The notes under the pieces are model-generated. The model was not told where the DNA came from. It saw only the letters and a program-made list of their open reading frames with translations, and searched no databases. Of a stretch of DNA of 64,000 bases, positions 54,887 to 63,458 are shown in pieces. This DNA comes from a virus, in the IMG/VR virus record IMGVR_UViG_3300032374_000001, positions 3,658 to 67,657 of that record. One strand, written 5' to 3'. Positions within the stretch are counted from its first letter, which is position 1. Every line of letters starts with the position of its first letter. Position numbers and translations under genes: made by a program.

Positions 54887-55309
54887 TCAGAACCCCGTGC
54901 TGACGGCGGCGGCGGATCGAACGGGTGCGCGTTTGGGCCCGAGCCCGAAGGCTTCGGCCTCGACGATGGCGTCCTCGACGCTATCGAGCAGGGCGACAGT
55001 GAAGCCGCGCTCGCGCAAATCGGCGATGACCAGCTTTTGCGCAGGATCGGCAGAATGGATCCGCTCGGTCGGCGAGACGGCGCGCTCGCGCGCCTGGACG
55101 CGATCCTTCAGCTCCATATAGAGGGTCCGCCCCTCGCGCCCGACGACGATTAGGTCGGGTACGCCGGCCGTGGTGCCGGCATCCTTGAAGGCGAGGGCTT
55201 CGAGGCGCGTCCGCGCCCCACCATTTGGGACGTGGAACACGAAGCAGTCGAACCGTTTGCGCAGCGCCACCACAATCTTGGTCTGAAGCTTCTGCTCGCC
55301 GTGGGTCAT
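54887..55309 (-). CDS. VRR-NUC domain nuclease
   Basis: E..LQ..I, FHVPNGG, G..AGVPDL, YMELK. Confidence 0.9.
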   Translation of the reverse strand: MTHGEQKLQTKIVVALRKRFDCFVFHVPNGGARTRLEALAFKDAGTTAGVPDLIVVGREGRTLYMELKDRVQARERAVSPTERIHSADPAQKLVIADLRERGFTVALLDSVEDAIVEAEAFGLGPKRAPVRSAAAVSTGF

Positions 55310-55454
55310 GACCGCACCGCCAGCACTTCTGCGAGCCGGGCAATCAGCCACGTGGCTTGCGACGACGTCAGGGCGAGGACGGCCACGCCGTCGGCGCGCA
55401 CGATCACGGTGTCGTCGTGGCGTTCGGCCGTCGCGATCTTAGGGGCCAGGACGC

Positions 55455-55802
55455 TCATGCCCGCGCCTCGTCCCCATAAAGCCCAAGCTTGCGCTTGGCC
55501 TGGACGACGCGTGTCTTCAGCGAATTGCGGTTCGCAAGTCCGAAACGTGCGGCGATGGCGTCACGATCGGCCGAGCACAAGGCAGCGTCGTTCGCACGCA
55601 CCAGTCGCAGCATCGTCGCGCGCCGGGTCCGCGCAGTTGCCTCCTTGTTGCGGGCGAAAATGTCGCCGGCATACTTCGCAGCGGTCGAGCCGCAGCACAG
55701 GGCGATCTCAGCCGCCTCGCCGACGCCGTAGCCCTCGGCGGCAAGCTCGCGCAGGAGCGCGATGCGGTCGGCATCTAGGCGATCGAATTGCCCGGCACTC
55801 AT
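55455..55802 (-). CDS. HTH-like protein
   Basis: LRELAAEG..V.EAA; paralogous to next gene (IA.RFGL..R.SL). Confidence 0.55.
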   Translation of the reverse strand: MSAGQFDRLDADRIALLRELAAEGYGVGEAAEIALCCGSTAAKYAGDIFARNKEATARTRRATMLRLVRANDAALCSADRDAIAARFGLANRNSLKTRVVQAKRKLGLYGDEARA

Positions 55803-56122
55803 GCCCGCGCCTCCGCGGCCAACACCTTGCGCGCGTACCAGGCCGACCCGGCGAGGCTGTGCCGGTCCTTCAGGCCGAAGCGGCGGGCGATCTCGTTGCG
55901 TTGCCCGCGCTCTGCTACGCGATTGGCTTCGACCAGCCGACGCATCCGGGCCCGATCCATCGGCTTCGGTCCAGGCTTGGCCTTTAGTCGCCCCTTGGCG
56001 ACGCGCCAGATCGTCAGCTCGTGACAGCCGATTTCGTCGGCGATGACGACTGCCGAATGGCCGGCGTCGGCCAGGGCCAGAATCTGCTCGCGGGCGGCGT
56101 CGGTGACGCGGAAACGGCTCAT
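55799..56122 (-). CDS. HTH-like protein
   Basis: ILALADAG.S...IADEIGC...TIWR. Confidence 0.65.
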   Translation of the reverse strand: MSRFRVTDAAREQILALADAGHSAVVIADEIGCHELTIWRVAKGRLKAKPGPKPMDRARMRRLVEANRVAERGQRNEIARRFGLKDRHSLAGSAWYARKVLAAEARA

Positions 56123-56301
56123 CGCGCACGCTCCCGGCCCCGCATCTCCAGCAGCGTGACCTCGACATCGAGATCGTCAGCCTGCTTCTGGAGGGCTCGC
56201 GCCTGCTCTTTCATGCCGAAGGCGCGACGCAGCAGATGTTCAGCATGTTCGCGAAGCTTGAACGCCCGACGGCGTTTCCACATGGCGCGTAGAAAGATCA
56301 C
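56119..56301 (-). CDS. Small basic hypothetical protein
   Basis: ORF with overlaps at both ends. Confidence 0.5.
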   Translation of the reverse strand: MIFLRAMWKRRRAFKLREHAEHLLRRAFGMKEQARALQKQADDLDVEVTLLEMRGRERAR

Positions 56302-56687
56302 GGCTCACACTCCGCGTACTCAAGATCGCTGAATTCGGCATCAAGGGCTTGCTGCATGAGCGCCAAGCGCTCGCGCTGCTCTCGGCGGCTGGCCTCCCGC
56401 AGCCACGACGGGGCGTTGCGCATGCCGGCTGCGACGAAGGTCGCGCCGTAGGCGCAGAAGATCGGGCCGACCCAGCGCAGGGCCGGTGAGCCGCCGTTGA
56501 ACCATTTCTCGACGGTGCGGGACGGCGCACCGATGGCGTCGGCCACAGTAGCAACCGGCTTCGAGGGATGCAGGCGGCGCCATTCGCTCACCCAAAGTTG
56601 GGTATCGAAGGCCCCATGGTTTCGAGCTTTTCGCCCAGACTTTCGCACTGTGTTCTCCGATGCTGTGTGCATCGAAGCAGCGGCCAT
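56298..56687 (-). CDS. CII-like HTH regulator
   Basis: VA..IGAP.RTVEKW..G.S.P; downstream of cro. Confidence 0.65.
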   Translation of the reverse strand: MAAASMHTASENTVRKSGRKARNHGAFDTQLWVSEWRRLHPSKPVATVADAIGAPSRTVEKWFNGGSPALRWVGPIFCAYGATFVAAGMRNAPSWLREASRREQRERLALMQQALDAEFSDLEYAECEP

Positions 56688-56820
56688 GGAGAGCCCGGCG
56701 GTGAAGGAGGCGGCGGACATTTCAGGAAATCCCGTTGAGACGCAGCGGGGACGCACGGCACGGCACGACGAAGCTCGAACGGCTGGCACCGGATCGAGCG
56801 CGAAACAGACTCCCGAGAAG

Positions 56821-56885
56821 GCGGGCCGCCCCTGGCAGGGCAGCCCGCAAGTCAGGGAGGAGAAACCCACAGGGTTTCAGAGTCT
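56821..56885 (-). ncRNA. Candidate small RNA with anti-Shine-Dalgarno loop
   Basis: GAAACCC/GGGUUUC stem, UUUCUCCUCCCUGACUU, then 28-nt GC hairpin. Confidence 0.4.
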
Positions 56886-57020
56886 CGGTCGGACGCAAAA
56901 CCCAACCGACCGAGCAGGTGACGCCGAGAGCCCTGGCAGGCAGTCGGCGAAGAACAGGCACCCGCGCATGCGCGCGCTGATACGGCGCTACCGTTGGCTG
57001 GTGCAGGAGGGGTGAGGCGG

Positions 57021-57251
57021 TCATCGGCGACCGGCCTCAAAGGCTGTGCCGCCAGCGGCACCGGCGATGGCCAGTGCGAGCGTCAGGACGATGAGCATCG
57101 CCTGCCCATCAGTTACGCCCTGTGATTGCACTAACCAGTCGTGCAACCCGCCCATCAGAAAACCGAGGCCGATGCCGGTGAATCCCAACGCGACCACAGC
57201 CAGTGCCCAGAGCGCGATGGATCTAACGAACCTCACCGCTCGCCTCCCCAC
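57021..57251 (-). CDS. Small 2-TM membrane protein
   Basis: Two hydrophobic segments. Confidence 0.55.
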   Translation of the reverse strand: MGRRAVRFVRSIALWALAVVALGFTGIGLGFLMGGLHDWLVQSQGVTDGQAMLIVLTLALAIAGAAGGTAFEAGRR

Positions 57252-57385
57252 TGCATGACGTGGAGATCGCCGCGAGATGCAGCAGCACGGAGAGCCACGA
57301 TGCCCTCAACGGCGGCTGTGAAGACGATCAGCGCCGAGATGACAGAGCCTAGCAGGGCGAGGCGGGTGCAGGTCTGGCGGGTCAT
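57233..57385 (-). CDS. 50-aa single-TM peptide
   Basis: MTRQTCTRLALLGSVISALIVFTAAV; overlaps cro stop. Confidence 0.45.
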   Translation of the reverse strand: MTRQTCTRLALLGSVISALIVFTAAVEGIVALRAAASRGDLHVMQWGGER

Positions 57386-57627
57386 GCCGATGCCCTCGCG
57401 GGCTCGGCGTTAATCGCAGACGGCGGAACCGACCTCCAAAGCCGATGCGCAGCCGCGAGCCTCTTGTCAGCGAGCGCGCCGCTGATCGCGTCAAAGCTCG
57501 GCGCGGTGAAGAACCCGCGCTCGCGCCAGTTGGACACGGCCTGCATCGAACGCCCCGTCAGACGGGCGACAGCAGCCGTTCCGCCGAGGGCGTCAATGAC
57601 GGCAGAGGTGGTGTCCAACGGCTCCAT
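57382..57627 (-). CDS. Cro-like repressor
   Basis: VIDALGGTAAVARLTG.S.QAVSNWR.RG; GAGAGG RBS; divergent from cI. Confidence 0.85.
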   Translation of the reverse strand: MEPLDTTSAVIDALGGTAAVARLTGRSMQAVSNWRERGFFTAPSFDAISGALADKRLAAAHRLWRSVPPSAINAEPARASA

Positions 57628-57634
57628 ATCCCTC

Positions 57635-57659
57635 TCATATACACAGTTTGGGTATATGA
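57635..57659. promoter_or_regulatory. Operator OR: TCATATAC-N9-GTATATGA
   Basis: Perfect 8-bp inverted repeat between cro and cI; near copy at 58348-58372. Confidence 0.75.
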
Positions 57660-57714
57660 CAAGAGACACAGCATGTTGATGGATAGCTTTTCTGCGGTCT
57701 GCGAAAATGCGTGC

Positions 57715-58044
57715 ATGCCGCAGGTCTCGTGGTCCAAGACCCATCTCGATGAAATCGCAGCCCGCGTTCGCGTCATCCGCGTCGCCTATGGGCCGACTGC
57801 GGTCGCCATAGCGGCGCGGGTCGGCATCTCGGCGCAGGGGTGGAACCACTACGAGAAGGGTCGCAGTCCGCCGAGCAATCCGGTTCTAGCGAAGCTCAAG
57901 AACCTTCACGGGATCACCCGCGACTGGGTCATGGATGGCTCGTGGGTTGGCGTGCCGCCGGAGACGCGCGAAACGCTTGAGCGCTGCCAAGACCCCGGCA
58001 CGCGCACGAACAAGAAGCGCGTCATTTCGAAAATTTCGGCCTGA
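57715..58044 (+). CDS. CI-like XRE repressor lacking S24 peptidase domain
   Basis: IAARVR.IR...IAARVGISAQGWNHYEKG..P; only about 109 aa. Confidence 0.82.
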   Translation: MPQVSWSKTHLDEIAARVRVIRVAYGPTAVAIAARVGISAQGWNHYEKGRSPPSNPVLAKLKNLHGITRDWVMDGSWVGVPPETRETLERCQDPGTRTNKKRVISKISA

Positions 58045-58231
58045 GCACCTTCGTGTCCGCCGCCGGCTTCTCAACCGGGGCGGCTAGGAAATAATCGTAA
58101 CCAACCTGCATCAACCGCATTACGTACTCGGCGTCACGCGGGTTGCGGGGGAGCTGTAGCGCCAGCTCCATCGCCAGGGCGCGCATATCCCGCTCGCTAA
58201 GTGAGATTTCCGGCTCTGCGTCCTCAGCCAT
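58022..58231 (-). CDS. 69-aa protein convergent on cI (antirepressor candidate)
   Basis: Natural-looking ORF (RALAMELALQLP.NPRDA..V); near-SOS boxes upstream. Confidence 0.6.
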   Translation of the reverse strand: MAEDAEPEISLSERDMRALAMELALQLPRNPRDAEYVMRLMQVGYDYFLAAPVEKPAADTKVLRPKFSK

Positions 58232-58347
58232 GCGTAGCCCCGCCTGAAGCCATATAAGAACATCATGGCAACATCGGTTCAAGGGCCGCTCGGTCCTATT
58301 CCGTACGGTCGGCGCACAAAAATACACAGATTGTGAACTTCGGACTT

Positions 58348-58372
58348 GCGTATCCCCAATCTGTGTATATGA
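58348..58372. promoter_or_regulatory. Operator OL upstream of early operon
   Basis: 21/25 identity to OR (reverse orientation); partial third site ATACACAGATTG at 58322. Confidence 0.7.
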
Positions 58373-58405
58373 TCCCTTCATCGCCACTCGCGATGAGGCC
58401 CGCCG

Positions 58406-59517
58406 ATGTCCGCCCCCGATTACATTGACCGCAAGATCGTCCACCTGAAGCGCGTCGGCCTCGTGGCCGGCGGCAAGACAGGTTACGGCAAGAACGGGGG
58501 CGCCTGCCCCGACTGGCTCGTTGCCGAGCAGAAGGCCGAAGAGAAGCGCCTTGAAGAGGTCGCGTTACGCGCCTTTGAGCGCCGCGTGCGGGCGGACTGA
58601 GCCATGGCTGCCCCCTCCCCCGCCTACTCCGTCCACCAGAACCTGCTCACCGACAGCTTCTGCATCTATGACGAGCGTGGCCCGGTAGAGGGCTACGAGG
58701 ACATCGGCAGTCGCGGCGACGCGCTCGATCACATCCGCGATCTCGAAGTCGCTGACCGCCTCCGTGCCGAGCAGGACGCCGCCGCTCTCGACGATCATCA
58801 CGCCGAAGCCGACGCCATGGCTTACGGCTCTGCGGCTCCGATTGGGCGGGCTGCGTAATGAACGCTCCTGCCCGCACCCCCATCTGCGTCGGCTGGCTCG
58901 CTGATCTGAGCGCTCCCGCGCGCAACCGTGTCTTCGTCGCCATGCGCGAGCTGACCGACCGCTCGCTGTCCGAATGGGAGAAGGCCCGCGAGCTTCAGGC
59001 CCGACCCGGCGAACGACCGGCCGGTTCGAGTTTCTTCGATCACGTGCTTCGCGCCGAGCTGATCGATAGCTTCTTGACGGTGCTGCGCGTCGGCGGAGCA
59101 CCGGGCGAGGCTGCCACCGCGGCGCTCTCCACCTCGCGCATGGTCGCTGCTGAACACAACGCCCGCTGCCCCGACGATCCCGTCATCCGCTCGGGTTGGG
59201 TGCGCGACCTCGACAGCGGCCAGCCTTACGCCACCCATCTGCGCGCCAAGATCGAGCGCTGCGTCGGGCAGATCGACTTGACCGCCGAAGCCGCTCAAGT
59301 CGTGTGGTCCGCGCTCTGGCGTCAGATGGATGTGCTGCGTGACGAGCGCGACGCTGCCCCTTCCGAGCGCAGGCCGCTGGACAAGATCGAGGCCGACATC
59401 GCCAGCCTTGTCGGCGTCGTTCAAAGCGTGCGCGCCGCGGGTGACATCGTCTCCGAGGCGACGATGAACGAGATGCTGGGCGAGTACGGCGCGGCGGTCA
59501 AGTCCCCCAATGCCTGA
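58406..59517 (+). CDS. First early genes (58406-58600, 58604-58858, 58858-59517), hypothetical
   Basis: Coupled ORFs immediately after OL. Confidence 0.7.
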
Positions 59518-59800
59518 CCTCGGCCCCTTCTACGCCTGCTTCTTCGGCGCCTGCCCGCTGCTGATTTTCGGCCTCGCTGAACTTGTCTTCCTCGCGACCC
59601 GTGAGCGCTTCGCTGCGGAGGCTGAGCAATTTTCCTGCCCCGAACTGTCCGAGGCTTCCCATGCTGTCGCCTGACGACCTGACCCTATCTACCGACGCCA
59701 TCCTCGCCTTGGTCAGCTTCGGTCTGCCTGTCGCGGTGCTCGTCATCGTCTGCGGCATTGCTTGGGCCGTGAGCCCGAGTCTCGCGAGCGGGAGGGCGTG

Positions 59801-60690
59801 ATGGCAACTGCCAACATCCTGCGGTCCGCCCGCGCTCGGATAGCTGACCGCAAGAATTGGACGACTGGTTATATGGCAAGGACCGCCGACGGCACGGCCT
59901 GTTTTGCAGAAAGTCCTGAGGCGGTGTCTTGGTGCGCTCTGGGAGCCCTAGCTGCTGAAAGCGGCACAGGCGGCCTCAATGTTGATGGGTGGGAGCTTTT
60001 GATCGAAGCTTCCCGGAAGCTTTATTGCACTGACAGTGTCTCTAGTGTCAACAACTGCGAGGGGCACTTAGCTGTCCTTGGGCTCTACGACGCCGCCATT
60101 GCCGCTGCCGAAGCGGAGGCCCGCTGAGCCATGCCCTCTCAAGATCAACACCGCGCCACCTACACGGTGCGCCCGCAAGGCAAGGCCTTCGTCGTCGTCC
60201 GCGAGCTGTCCGGCCACGACATCCTGCCCGACGAGGATTGGTTCATCTCCGATCCTCTCCCGAGCGCCATGCAGGCCAACGACTTCGCCTACCGCGCCGC
60301 CGAGAGCTTCCGCGATCAGCATCCGGCTTTCCTGATCGAAGCTCGCCCGGCCCGCGTCCCCGCCAACACCGGCTACGCCGAAGTCGGGAGCTTCGTGGCA
60401 TGAACGCCCCGTTCCGCGCCCCTGCCGCCGAGTCGTCTACACCGTTCGAGACCGGTATGTCGGCCGGCTACGCTCGCGCTGGCTACTGCGCGGCCGAGCA
60501 CGCGCTGACGGCGCTCGACTCCGCGATCAATAGCATGGAGACGGCGGCCGAACTCGGGCGCCCTATCGACAGCGCCGACCTGCTCGCCGACCGCGCTCGC
60601 GCTCTGCTGGCCCGCCTGGACGCGCTGGCCGCCACCCCTCCCTGCCGCGCCCTCAAGCGCAGCGCGGATGCATTGGAGGGGGGACGATGA
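59801..60690 (+). CDS. Three hypothetical early genes (59801-60127, 60131-60403, 60400-60690)
   Basis: RBS and overlaps; first has NW..G..AR...G...WCALGAL motif. Confidence 0.65.
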
Positions 60691-60737
60691 GCGCGGCCCT
60701 CATTTACTCATCTTTTCGGATATAATGGAGATATGCG

Positions 60738-61325
60738 ATGGAACTTGATCGGGCGTCTATTGAAGCTGCAATCGTCAAACAAGTCGCGACAGAGATCATG
60801 AGCGATGACGGAATTTGGTCGAAAGTTCGGCAGGCCGTTGATGCGCGCATCTCGAAACTGTTCTCAGAGGTTGTAGACACTCGTGTTACTGAGGCTATTG
60901 ACGCGATGGTGCGAGATGGCTTCGACCGTGAGTATCAGGCGGTCACTTCCTTTGGACAGCCGGTCGGCGAAAAGACGACTATCCGTAAAGAGCTTGAGAA
61001 GCAGATCGGCGGCTACTGGAATACCTTTGTTGATCGTCATGGCAAGCCAACCACAAACACTTATAGCGATAGAACGACTCGCGCTGAATGGATGATGTCG
61101 CAACTTGTGGCGGCCGATTTCCAAGGCGAGATGAAGCAGCACGTCGTCAACGTCGCCGGATCCCTCAAGGACAAGCTGCGGCTCGAACTACACGAGACGG
61201 TCAATAAGTTACTTTCCGAGATCTTCTCAGTTCGCAGCGCCGACGATCTTGCTGCCAGCCGCAACGACAAGAGTGTCATTCACCCAAGGCAAACACCTCC
61301 GCGCACGCCAGGGGGTGTGCTGTGA
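60738..61325 (+). CDS. Hypothetical helical protein, lower GC
   Basis: GGAG RBS; 195 aa. Confidence 0.75.
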   Translation: MELDRASIEAAIVKQVATEIMSDDGIWSKVRQAVDARISKLFSEVVDTRVTEAIDAMVRDGFDREYQAVTSFGQPVGEKTTIRKELEKQIGGYWNTFVDRHGKPTTNTYSDRTTRAEWMMSQLVAADFQGEMKQHVVNVAGSLKDKLRLELHETVNKLLSEIFSVRSADDLAASRNDKSVIHPRQTPPRTPGGVL

Positions 61326-61374
61326 GCCTCACCCCATCCCCCACCCATCGACCCGGCGCGGAGGGCTCCACGCC

Positions 61375-61854
61375 ATGACCCCCGATCAGGAAGGGACGGG
61401 CGCGGTGCGTCCCGTGCGGCTTCAACTCAGCCGGCGAGCCGGGTTCTCGCTCCAGGCACACAGCCGAGCGGTGAACGGGCTGCCCGCGGTGAAGGTCGAT
61501 CGCACGACTGACTGGGGCAACCCCTACCGTCCCGGCATGATCCTCGCCCACGGGCCGCATGCCGGTGCGGTGGTTCGCGACGTTCGGCACGCCGTCGATC
61601 TATTCGATGAGTGGGCGCGCGCCGCCATAGCCGGCGAGGCGCTGCCCCAGAACGATGGCGGACCAGCTCCGCCGCGGGAGCAAATTGCTCGGAGCCTCGT
61701 CGAGCTGCGGGGCAAGAACCTCGCGTGCTGGTGCGGCTCCGGCCCCTGCCACGCCGACGTGCTCCTGCGCCTCGCGAATGGGCCCGTCTGCGACACCCCC
61801 ACCCCCTCCACCAATGCCCCGAGCGGGGATCAACCTCATGGGGGTGGGCTGTGA
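61375..61854 (+). CDS. DUF4326-like protein
   Basis: VDR.T.WGNPY; LRGKNLACWC...CHADVLL.LAN. Confidence 0.85.
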   Translation: MTPDQEGTGAVRPVRLQLSRRAGFSLQAHSRAVNGLPAVKVDRTTDWGNPYRPGMILAHGPHAGAVVRDVRHAVDLFDEWARAAIAGEALPQNDGGPAPPREQIARSLVELRGKNLACWCGSGPCHADVLLRLANGPVCDTPTPSTNAPSGDQPHGGGL

Positions 61855-62729
61855 GCAACCCGTACCTCATCCAGGGCCCGGCCCTCATCAGCTTCAGCGG
61901 CGGGCGCACGTCCGCCTATATGCTGAAGCACATCCTCGACGCGCATGGCGGCACACTGCCGGCGGATGTGCATGTCGCCTTCGCCAACACTGGCCGGGAG
62001 ATGCCGGAGACGCTCGAATTCGTGCGCGAGTGTTCGGTGCGGTGGGGCGTCCGCATCATCTGGGTTGAGTTCGACCCGAGCGCCCCGAACAAGACGCGCT
62101 TTCCGAGCTACGAGCAGGCCAGCCGCAACGGCGAGCCGTTCGTCGCCGTCATCCGCAGCAGCAAGTCGGGCATGCTGCCGAGCCCGGTCATCCGGTTCTG
62201 TACGACCGAGATGAAGATCCGGCGCTTCAAGGCGCTGATGCACAAAGTGCTGGGCTACGATCGCTGGCACAGCGTCATCGGACTGCGCGCGGACGAGCCT
62301 CGCCGCGTCGCCCGTCAGCACGCGGCAAACGAGAAGGGCAAAGAGCGTTGGGCGACCGGCATGCCGCTGGCTGAGGCCGGCGTAGCGAAGGCGGATGTCG
62401 GCACGTGGTGGGCTGCACAGCCCTTCGACCTACGCCTTCCGACCGTGAACGGCACGACGCCGCTCGGCAACTGCGATCTGTGCTTCCTGAAGAGTCGGGC
62501 GACCATCGAAGGCATCATGCGGGCGCGCCCCGAACTGGCCGAGTGGTGGATCGAGCGCGAGCGCGAAGCCGACGATAGGACCGTGTCCGTCGAAACCCGT
62601 CAGATGAGCGTGCGGCACTTCCGCAAAGATCGCCCCGGCTACGCCGAGCTGCTGGCCGCCGTGCAGAGCCAGACGACGATGCCCTTCGAAGCCGGGGAGG
62701 AGTCCGTTGACTGCGCTTGCACCGACTGA
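61851..62729 (+). CDS. PAPS-reductase-family (PP-loop) protein with Cys motifs
   Basis: ISFSGGRTS, FANTGRE..ETLEF, RFCT.EMK, GLRADE..R, GNCDLCFLK, DCACTD. Confidence 0.88.
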   Translation: MSNPYLIQGPALISFSGGRTSAYMLKHILDAHGGTLPADVHVAFANTGREMPETLEFVRECSVRWGVRIIWVEFDPSAPNKTRFPSYEQASRNGEPFVAVIRSSKSGMLPSPVIRFCTTEMKIRRFKALMHKVLGYDRWHSVIGLRADEPRRVARQHAANEKGKERWATGMPLAEAGVAKADVGTWWAAQPFDLRLPTVNGTTPLGNCDLCFLKSRATIEGIMRARPELAEWWIEREREADDRTVSVETRQMSVRHFRKDRPGYAELLAAVQSQTTMPFEAGEESVDCACTD

Positions 62730-62927
62730 CCGCTTCCAGCCGAAGGGCGACCGCTCCGAAGCCGCCAAGACCCGCGTGCTCGTCGCTGCCGTCGAGTGGT
62801 GTGACGACCAAGCCTGCGCCGAGCGTCTCGCCGAGCTGGAGGACGCTGTTGCGGCGCTCATCGGCCAGGACGCCTTGGCCTCTTCCTCCCCCGATCAATC
62901 CTTGACCCTGACGCAGGAGCCCCGCGC

Positions 62928-63458
62928 ATGACGAACTCTAGCATGGAGGCCGTTGCGGTCTCCGAACGTCTGAAGGTGAAGCTGATGCTCGCCTTCGACC
63001 CCTCCGAGCTGTTCGACCGCGTTAGAGAGGTCGGTGACGGCGGCAACGCCCTCGGCACGCGGCTCGTACAGACCATGCTGTCGAGCGGCCACAGCGGGTT
63101 CGTCACCGCCGTGGGCATGGCCTCATACGGCGTAACCTTGGAGCCTACGCCTGCGCAGGCTGCCGAGCCCGAACACGACCTCTGGTGTATCAACGTCCAA
63201 GGGCCGGACGATGTCTATCCAGCACCGGACTTCTGGACGGCACTCGCATGGGCAGCCGAGATCAACGCGGCTATCGCCAAGCGCGCTATCGACAAAAAAT
63301 GGGCCGCCGACCCCGAGTATCCGCGCGCTCAGGCCATCGCTACCCGATGGCCGTGGTCACCCGAGCGGCACGAGGCGGGCCTAGCGCTGGAGATGGCCAA
63401 GCGGGCTGCCCACGAAGAGCACAGTCGGGCCGTCCAGACCGGGGAGGCCGCCCGATGA
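62928..63458 (+). CDS. Hypothetical protein
   Basis: AGGAG RBS; LWC.NV.GPDDV..AP motif. Confidence 0.7.
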   Translation: MTNSSMEAVAVSERLKVKLMLAFDPSELFDRVREVGDGGNALGTRLVQTMLSSGHSGFVTAVGMASYGVTLEPTPAQAAEPEHDLWCINVQGPDDVYPAPDFWTALAWAAEINAAIAKRAIDKKWAADPEYPRAQAIATRWPWSPERHEAGLALEMAKRAAHEEHSRAVQTGEAAR

